This document shows positions 56,516 to 61,131 of a DNA stretch of 61,131 bases, one piece after another (within the stretch, counting starts at the first letter, position 1; each line of letters opens with the position of its first letter). The stretch spans positions 1-61,131 of IMG/VR virus record IMGVR_UViG_3300032284_003381; one strand, written 5' to 3'. The position numbers and the translations under genes are program-made. The notes below the pieces were generated by a model, which was not told the origin of the DNA, did no database searches, and saw only the letters and a program-made list of their open reading frames with translations. The stretch comes from a virus (lineage: Duplodnaviria > Caudoviricetes).

Positions 56516-57139
56516 ATGACTCCTGCAATTGAGTATTTGATTAGAACTGATTGCATAAAAAAAATGATGCTTATTCCTTGCTCATTGTTTTTAAATGGCA
56601 AAAATAATGAGCAAAAGTTAGTCATTACAATCAGCGAAGAATTTAATCGTAGTAAATTTTTTTCAATAAAACATTGGCAAATATCGACCTGCTCGAAAGA
56701 GCAGGTTTTGCCATGTATGACCGAATATCGTGTTTTAAAAACATCTTTATTTACAGATAAAAATGTAATATTAAAAGAATATAATTTAATTCCATGCAAG
56801 CAACAATCAATAGATTCAAATCACAACTATAGTCGTGGACCGATGTCATCGGAATTATATTCTTATTATTTTGAAAATACAATAAATGGCTATGAATATA
56901 AAAGTTTAAGAACAAATTGGCTTTGGAACGAATTTATAAAAATTTATATTCCAAATTTATATTCCTGTTCAAGATATATACCTTCAGCATTTCATACAAA
57001 AAACGATGTTGCAGAAAAACAACGTGATTTGGTTAGTGAATTAATGAAAAAAGAATGGGAATATTGGCAAATGTGGCAAAAACACTTGCTTCAAAATCCC
57101 GCAGAAATTATTTTTCACAAGGAATATTTGAATATGTAA
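56516..57139 (+). CDS. Hypothetical protein
   Basis: 207-aa ORF filling the gap between the poly-Asp gene and the peptidase. Confidence 0.6.
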   Translation: MTPAIEYLIRTDCIKKMMLIPCSLFLNGKNNEQKLVITISEEFNRSKFFSIKHWQISTCSKEQVLPCMTEYRVLKTSLFTDKNVILKEYNLIPCKQQSIDSNHNYSRGPMSSELYSYYFENTINGYEYKSLRTNWLWNEFIKIYIPNLYSCSRYIPSAFHTKNDVAEKQRDLVSELMKKEWEYWQMWQKHLLQNPAEIIFHKEYLNM

Positions 57140-57143
57140 GGAT

Positions 57144-57803
57144 TTGCCATTGAAAAACTTAATTGTCATTTTATGGTGCTTTATATTAACAATAAAACAA
57201 ATTGATTATTGTCAATATAATTTACATCCCAATGTTGCTGAACACAAAATAAAACAAATAGATGAATTGGCTGATGTTATGGTCCCAATTCCTATGGAAC
57301 ATAGAGTCTTTAATAAGACCGGCAATCAATGTACTTGGTGTGCTTTGGAAACATGTGGCAGATATGCACAAGAAAACAAACTAATTAATTTGGCAAAAGA
57401 TCCAGATTGCGAAGGATATAGCACATTAATAGATGTCATTAAAAAACTCAAAAAATTAGATGTCAAATTTGAACAATCAACAAACAAACTGGATCGAAGA
57501 TTAATTATAAAATCTGTAGTTAAAGAAAAAAGAGGATGTTTGTTTGGCGTGAGAAATAAAAATACAGGTCATGCCATGACATTAGTCCACTATGATGAAA
57601 AAAATAAAATCGTAAAATTCATCAATAATAGCGACCCAAATTTAAAAATTCGCACATGGAGCATGGACGAATTTAACAAAAGATGGGATGGATGGATTTG
57701 TGTAGTTTATGCTGACAAAGATATAATTCGGCAAAAAAATAAAAAAGAATATTTACAACTTTTACAAGCCAAAATGCTTATTTGCAATTACAATTTTTTT
57801 TAG
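57144..57803 (+). CDS. Papain-fold cysteine peptidase (C39-like) with N-terminal hydrophobic segment
   Basis: NKTGNQCTWCALET (Cys), GHAMTLVHYD (His), FINNS, and WSMDEFNKRWDGW. Confidence 0.75.
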   Translation: MPLKNLIVILWCFILTIKQIDYCQYNLHPNVAEHKIKQIDELADVMVPIPMEHRVFNKTGNQCTWCALETCGRYAQENKLINLAKDPDCEGYSTLIDVIKKLKKLDVKFEQSTNKLDRRLIIKSVVKEKRGCLFGVRNKNTGHAMTLVHYDEKNKIVKFINNSDPNLKIRTWSMDEFNKRWDGWICVVYADKDIIRQKNKKEYLQLLQAKMLICNYNFF

Positions 57804-58038
57804 CAAATGTTAATTTTTGATGTCTAACATACTTGTTGTGTTTGTGAAATCGATCTTTTGCAGTTGGCGGTAAATCGTTTTGGCTATAAGTTGGAAAAGC
57901 TCCGGGCAATTCTGCGCTCATATCATTTCTTTTCTCATCTCCACCATCTGGTCCGTCTGTGCCTGATGGATTTCCAGCAGATCCACCATAAAACTCTAGT
58001 TTTTGACGATTATTTATCCACTTCGAAAATGCTTCCAT
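57778..58038 (-). CDS. Small hypothetical protein, possible internal head protein
   Basis: GGAGG SD, upstream TAAATATA motif and N-terminus MEAFSKWINN. Confidence 0.6.
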   Translation of the reverse strand: MEAFSKWINNRQKLEFYGGSAGNPSGTDGPDGGDEKRNDMSAELPGAFPTYSQNDLPPTAKDRFHKHNKYVRHQKLTFAKKNCNCK

Positions 58039-58054
58039 ATATCCTCCACTATAT

Positions 58055-58660
58055 TTACGTCCAATATTGCAGATTTTGTTTTTTTAAAAAGTAAAGATAT
58101 TTTTCATAGCCATTTTCAGCTTCAGAAATTAAATCTAATCCAGCCAAATCTGTGCTAAAACTTTTCTTGAAGCGATCTAAATCAAATGGTTGCATTAATT
58201 GTTTTAAAGATAAATAATTTTCTATCCATGAATTACATCTGCCAGTAATTAAATCTTCCCACGTCAATAAAATAGCATTTGGCGTTCTTTTTGCCATTTC
58301 ACACAATCTTCTTAGCCGAAATAGATAATATCGTGTTGCAAAAGAAGGTTTCATTTTATCATTGCCAATTAAAAAATTTAAAACTGGTTTAGGTTCTCTA
58401 ATGACATAAATAAATTTACATTTTTTATATGCGGCTTTTGTTGTTAAATCAATGTTTTTATTCAATTCTTCCATATAAATTGCAGAACGATTGTTGCATT
58501 TGTGATATTGTTCTGTTAAAAGCAATAAGTCAGTTGGACAAGAATAAGGATTGATATTACTCAATTGATATTGTTGAATTTTTGGATGTTGATTCAAAGA
58601 TTCACACAATGATGCAGAACCTGAATAAAAATGACTGCATACAAAAAGAATTTTTTTCAT
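58055..58660 (-). CDS. Sulfotransferase-fold protein with degenerate PAPS loop
   Basis: ILFVCSHFYSGSASLCESLNQHPKI (canonical xxGxPRSGTxxLxxxLxxHP), KFIYVIREP and LLTWEDL. Probable ATG at 58660. Confidence 0.65.
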   Translation of the reverse strand: MKKILFVCSHFYSGSASLCESLNQHPKIQQYQLSNINPYSCPTDLLLLTEQYHKCNNRSAIYMEELNKNIDLTTKAAYKKCKFIYVIREPKPVLNFLIGNDKMKPSFATRYYLFRLRRLCEMAKRTPNAILLTWEDLITGRCNSWIENYLSLKQLMQPFDLDRFKKSFSTDLAGLDLISEAENGYEKYLYFLKKQNLQYWT

Positions 58661-58774
58661 AAACGATATAACCTTGTTTTTACCAAAAAACATAATTGCA
58701 TTCATATCTATTAGAGGAAAATTTCCAGATATTTTCTTACTATTATCTAATAGACTCAATTTGAAAGGGCTAAA

Positions 58775-61131
58775 ATGCCAATATGGAGTGATTTTTTCAA
58801 ACTTTTTCAATATAGCTCAGAGAAAGATCCTCTGTCGGCACGTAAAGACCCTAAAAATTTTACGACAGCAGGAATTGCATCTCCAGAAGCACTAGGAACA
58901 GATTTTCAAAGTGGTGGTGGTCCAAGCGGGACATCTAGCTATCGTCAAACCAATGACATGATAGACACAACAACACTTTCAAATCGTTCGATGCGATACA
59001 AAGAATACGAACGATTAAGAAATGTTCCAGAAATCGAATTGGCAATGACTGTCTTTGCAGATGAAGCTTGTGTTGCTGGTGACACAAAAATTGCCACACC
59101 TTTCGGATTCACAACAATAAAAGAACTAACAGAAAAAAGATCAGAAGAACGATTTTTAGTTTATTGTTATGATCATGTCAAAAAAGATTATTCTTTAGGA
59201 TGGGCTTTTGCACCAAGATTAGTAAAAGAAGATAAGACAATAACAATAGTCTTAGATAACGGAACAAGCTACACAGCAACGTATGATCATCGAGTTTTAA
59301 TGAAAGATGGTAGCTGGAAATATACTGGACAACTGAAAATCGGCGATAAATTAATGCCGTTTTATAGAATACCGTCCAACGGAGATGTCAAAAAATCACA
59401 ATATCCAAAAATGTTCACATTTACAAAAGGCTGGATACATGAACGCCAGTTTGTAGATGATTGGAAAAGTGGTGGAAAAATCAATCCACGATATGAAGCT
59501 GTTAATCGTGCCGTCAGAATGATAGCTGGTGGATTAACAACAAAACAAATTGCTGAAAAATTAGAACATGACTGGAAAACCATTGAAGACTGGTTCCAAG
59601 CTGAAGGGTTTTCACGAAGAGAAATTATAAATCTTTACAAAAATGAAGATCATCGTAGAGTCGTCGGAATTCATGATGGTCCAGTTCAAAATGTATACGA
59701 TATCAGCGTTGATGAACACAAATGCTTTGCTACAGATAGCGTTATATTACATAATTGCCAAAAAGATGAAAATGGAAACATCTTAAAAGTAATAGCAAAA
59801 AACGACGAAGTTCGAGAAGAAATCGAATTCCTGCTACTTCATCGCAAAATGCTCAATATGAACCGCAATGGCTGGACATGGTTTAAAAATCTGTGCATAT
59901 CAGGCGATTGGTTTATAGAACTCGTAGTAAATCCAGATAACCCAAAAGAAGGTATTTATCGAACTGTGCCATTGCCGCCCGAAACAATGTACAGAATAGA
60001 AACAGTTAAATCTAAACTAATTGAATACCAACAAAGCAAAGAAGGTCCAGATTATCAAGCTTTGGTTAAGGGACCACTTACAAGTCAAAGCGAAACAGAA
60101 TTAAATCAATCAACAGCAATACGATTTGCTCCAAGTCAAATTGTTCATTTTAGAATTGGAGATGATCGAAAAACATTCTATCCATATGGTCAAAGCTTAA
60201 TAGAAGCCGCTCGTGCTCCTGCTCACAGCCTTAGACTTATGGAAGATGCTATGGTTGTTTACAGACTGGTAAGAGCACCTGAACGTCGTGTATTTTATGT
60301 AGATGTAGGACAACTTCCTCCATTTAAAGCAGAAGCTTTTATTGATCGACTCAAAGATCAATTCCGAAAAAGAAAAATCGCAAACAATAGTGGTACTCCC
60401 GGTGCTAATCAAGTTGAAGAAAAATGGATGCCTCCTGCACAAGATGAAGATTACTGGCTTCCAATTAGACCAAATAGCAATACAAGAATTGAAACTTTGC
60501 CGGGTGCAGAAAATCTTGGCGAAATTGATGATGCGATTTATTTCAGAAATAAACTGCTTACTGCTCTTAATTTTCCAAAAAATTACTTCAATAATGAAGA
60601 CGCAAATGCAACTAGAATAACACTTTCTGCACAAGATGTTAAATTCGCTCGTATGATTGAACGTCTGCAAAGCCATTTTGAAGATGGAATTTTAGAAATT
60701 GCAGAAAGACATTTGCAATTAAGAGGATTTCCAGAAGATTCTTATACAGATCTAAAAATTAGAATGACGCCTCCATCTGATTGGAGAGAATTATCCCGTG
60801 CAGAAGTTGTCACTGCAAGATATGGAAATGCAGGAACACTTAAAAGTAGCCAACTCATGTCTGATTATGACATTTATATAAATATATTGAAATATTCAGA
60901 AGATGACTCGGAAGAAATGCTTGCAAGACTTAAATTGCAAAAACTAGAGGATTTGAAACTACAAGTATTGGCTCAAAATCCACAACTATTAGGCGTTGGC
61001 ATACCCGGACAAGAAAAATCAGAACAAGAAGTAGGATCAGAACCGGGAGGTCCAAATGCATTGCCGTCGCCAGACGAAACAGGCGAAGGTGCTCCTCCAG
61101 AAGCCGCTCCTCCAGAAGGTGCTCCTCCAGA
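58775..61131 (+). CDS. Portal protein (T4 gp20-like) with intein, 3'-truncated by window end; not in ORF track
   Basis: Open from the ATG at 58775 to the window end. Motifs: RYKEYERL..PEIELAMTVFADEA, PYGQSLIE..LRLMEDAMVVYRLVRAPERRVFYVDVG, EDYWLP, IETLPGAENLGEIDD..YFRNKLL and DVKFAR. Confidence 0.95.
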   Translation, partial: MPIWSDFFKLFQYSSEKDPLSARKDPKNFTTAGIASPEALGTDFQSGGGPSGTSSYRQTNDMIDTTTLSNRSMRYKEYERLRNVPEIELAMTVFADEACVAGDTKIATPFGFTTIKELTEKRSEERFLVYCYDHVKKDYSLGWAFAPRLVKEDKTITIVLDNGTSYTATYDHRVLMKDGSWKYTGQLKIGDKLMPFYRIPSNGDVKKSQYPKMFTFTKGWIHERQFVDDWKSGGKINPRYEAVNRAVRMIAGGLTTKQIAEKLEHDWKTIEDWFQAEGFSRREIINLYKNEDHRRVVGIHDGPVQNVYDISVDEHKCFATDSVILHNCQKDENGNILKVIAKNDEVREEIEFLLLHRKMLNMNRNGWTWFKNLCISGDWFIELVVNPDNPKEGIYRTVPLPPETMYRIETVKSKLIEYQQSKEGPDYQALVKGPLTSQSETELNQSTAIRFAPSQIVHFRIGDDRKTFYPYGQSLIEAARAPAHSLRLMEDAMVVYRLVRAPERRVFYVDVGQLPPFKAEAFIDRLKDQFRKRKIANNSGTPGANQVEEKWMPPAQDEDYWLPIRPNSNTRIETLPGAENLGEIDDAIYFRNKLLTALNFPKNYFNNEDANATRITLSAQDVKFARMIERLQSHFEDGILEIAERHLQLRGFPEDSYTDLKIRMTPPSDWRELSRAEVVTARYGNAGTLKSSQLMSDYDIYINILKYSEDDSEEMLARLKLQKLEDLKLQVLAQNPQLLGVGIPGQEKSEQEVGSEPGGPNALPSPDETGEGAPPEAAPPEGAPP
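59069..59755 (+). mobile_element. Intein (229 aa) in the portal protein
   Basis: Block A CVAGDTKIAT, block B TATYDHRVL, LKIGDKL, block F VYDISV, block G VILHN, and +1 Cys (CQKDENG). Confidence 0.93.

Noticed and set aside
56185-56799. His/Arg-rich, Ile/Val-rich and Met/Thr-rich ORFs over the GAY tract
   Set aside because: They are alternate frames of the poly-Asp repeat. Only the Asp frame has an SD and fits the operon.
1-61131. Alternative genetic code (stop reassignment), as seen in some jumbo phages
   Set aside because: Long genes are uninterrupted in the standard code, and TAA, TAG and TGA all end genes at sensible boundaries.
1-61131. tRNA or rRNA genes
   Set aside because: No cloverleaf or T-loop (GTTCRA) in a tRNA context was seen in the short intergenic gaps. 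tRNAscan-SE would confirm.

Overview
This window is a fragment of a large, AT-rich, T4-like (myovirus-type, probably jumbo) phage genome in the standard bacterial code. No tRNA, rRNA or CRISPR array is visible. The + strand carries a long tail/baseplate module (about 6.7-31.7 kb): gp2-like end protector, 1,818-aa tape measure, tube initiator, gp53-, hub-, gp5-, gp25-, gp6- and wedge-like proteins, and three paralogous PKD fibre proteins. The large terminase lies on the - strand. A T4 gp20-like portal missed by the ORF track (58775 to beyond the window end) contains a 229-aa intein with an HTH-like insert. Interspersed accessory genes include a degenerate CCA-adding-like nucleotidyltransferase next to an RNA-repair HAD, an Acb1/gp57B-like 2H phosphoesterase, an actin-fold ATPase with a tandem-repeat partner, a GIY-YIG endonuclease, primase, a Cas4/AddB-like nuclease, bacterioferritin, a CYTH protein with an apparent ATT start, a YadA-like adhesin with a structured leader, glycosyl- and sulfotransferase-like genes, four proteases and a poly-Asp protein. 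The best candidate novel systems are (i) late genes with T4 capsid-targeting-like N-termini, suggesting virion-packaged anti-defence/RNA-repair cargo, (ii) a phage actin module, and (iii) virion glycosylation/sulfation genes mixed with apparent pseudo-enzymes. All family calls come from motifs recognised by eye; no database searches were run.
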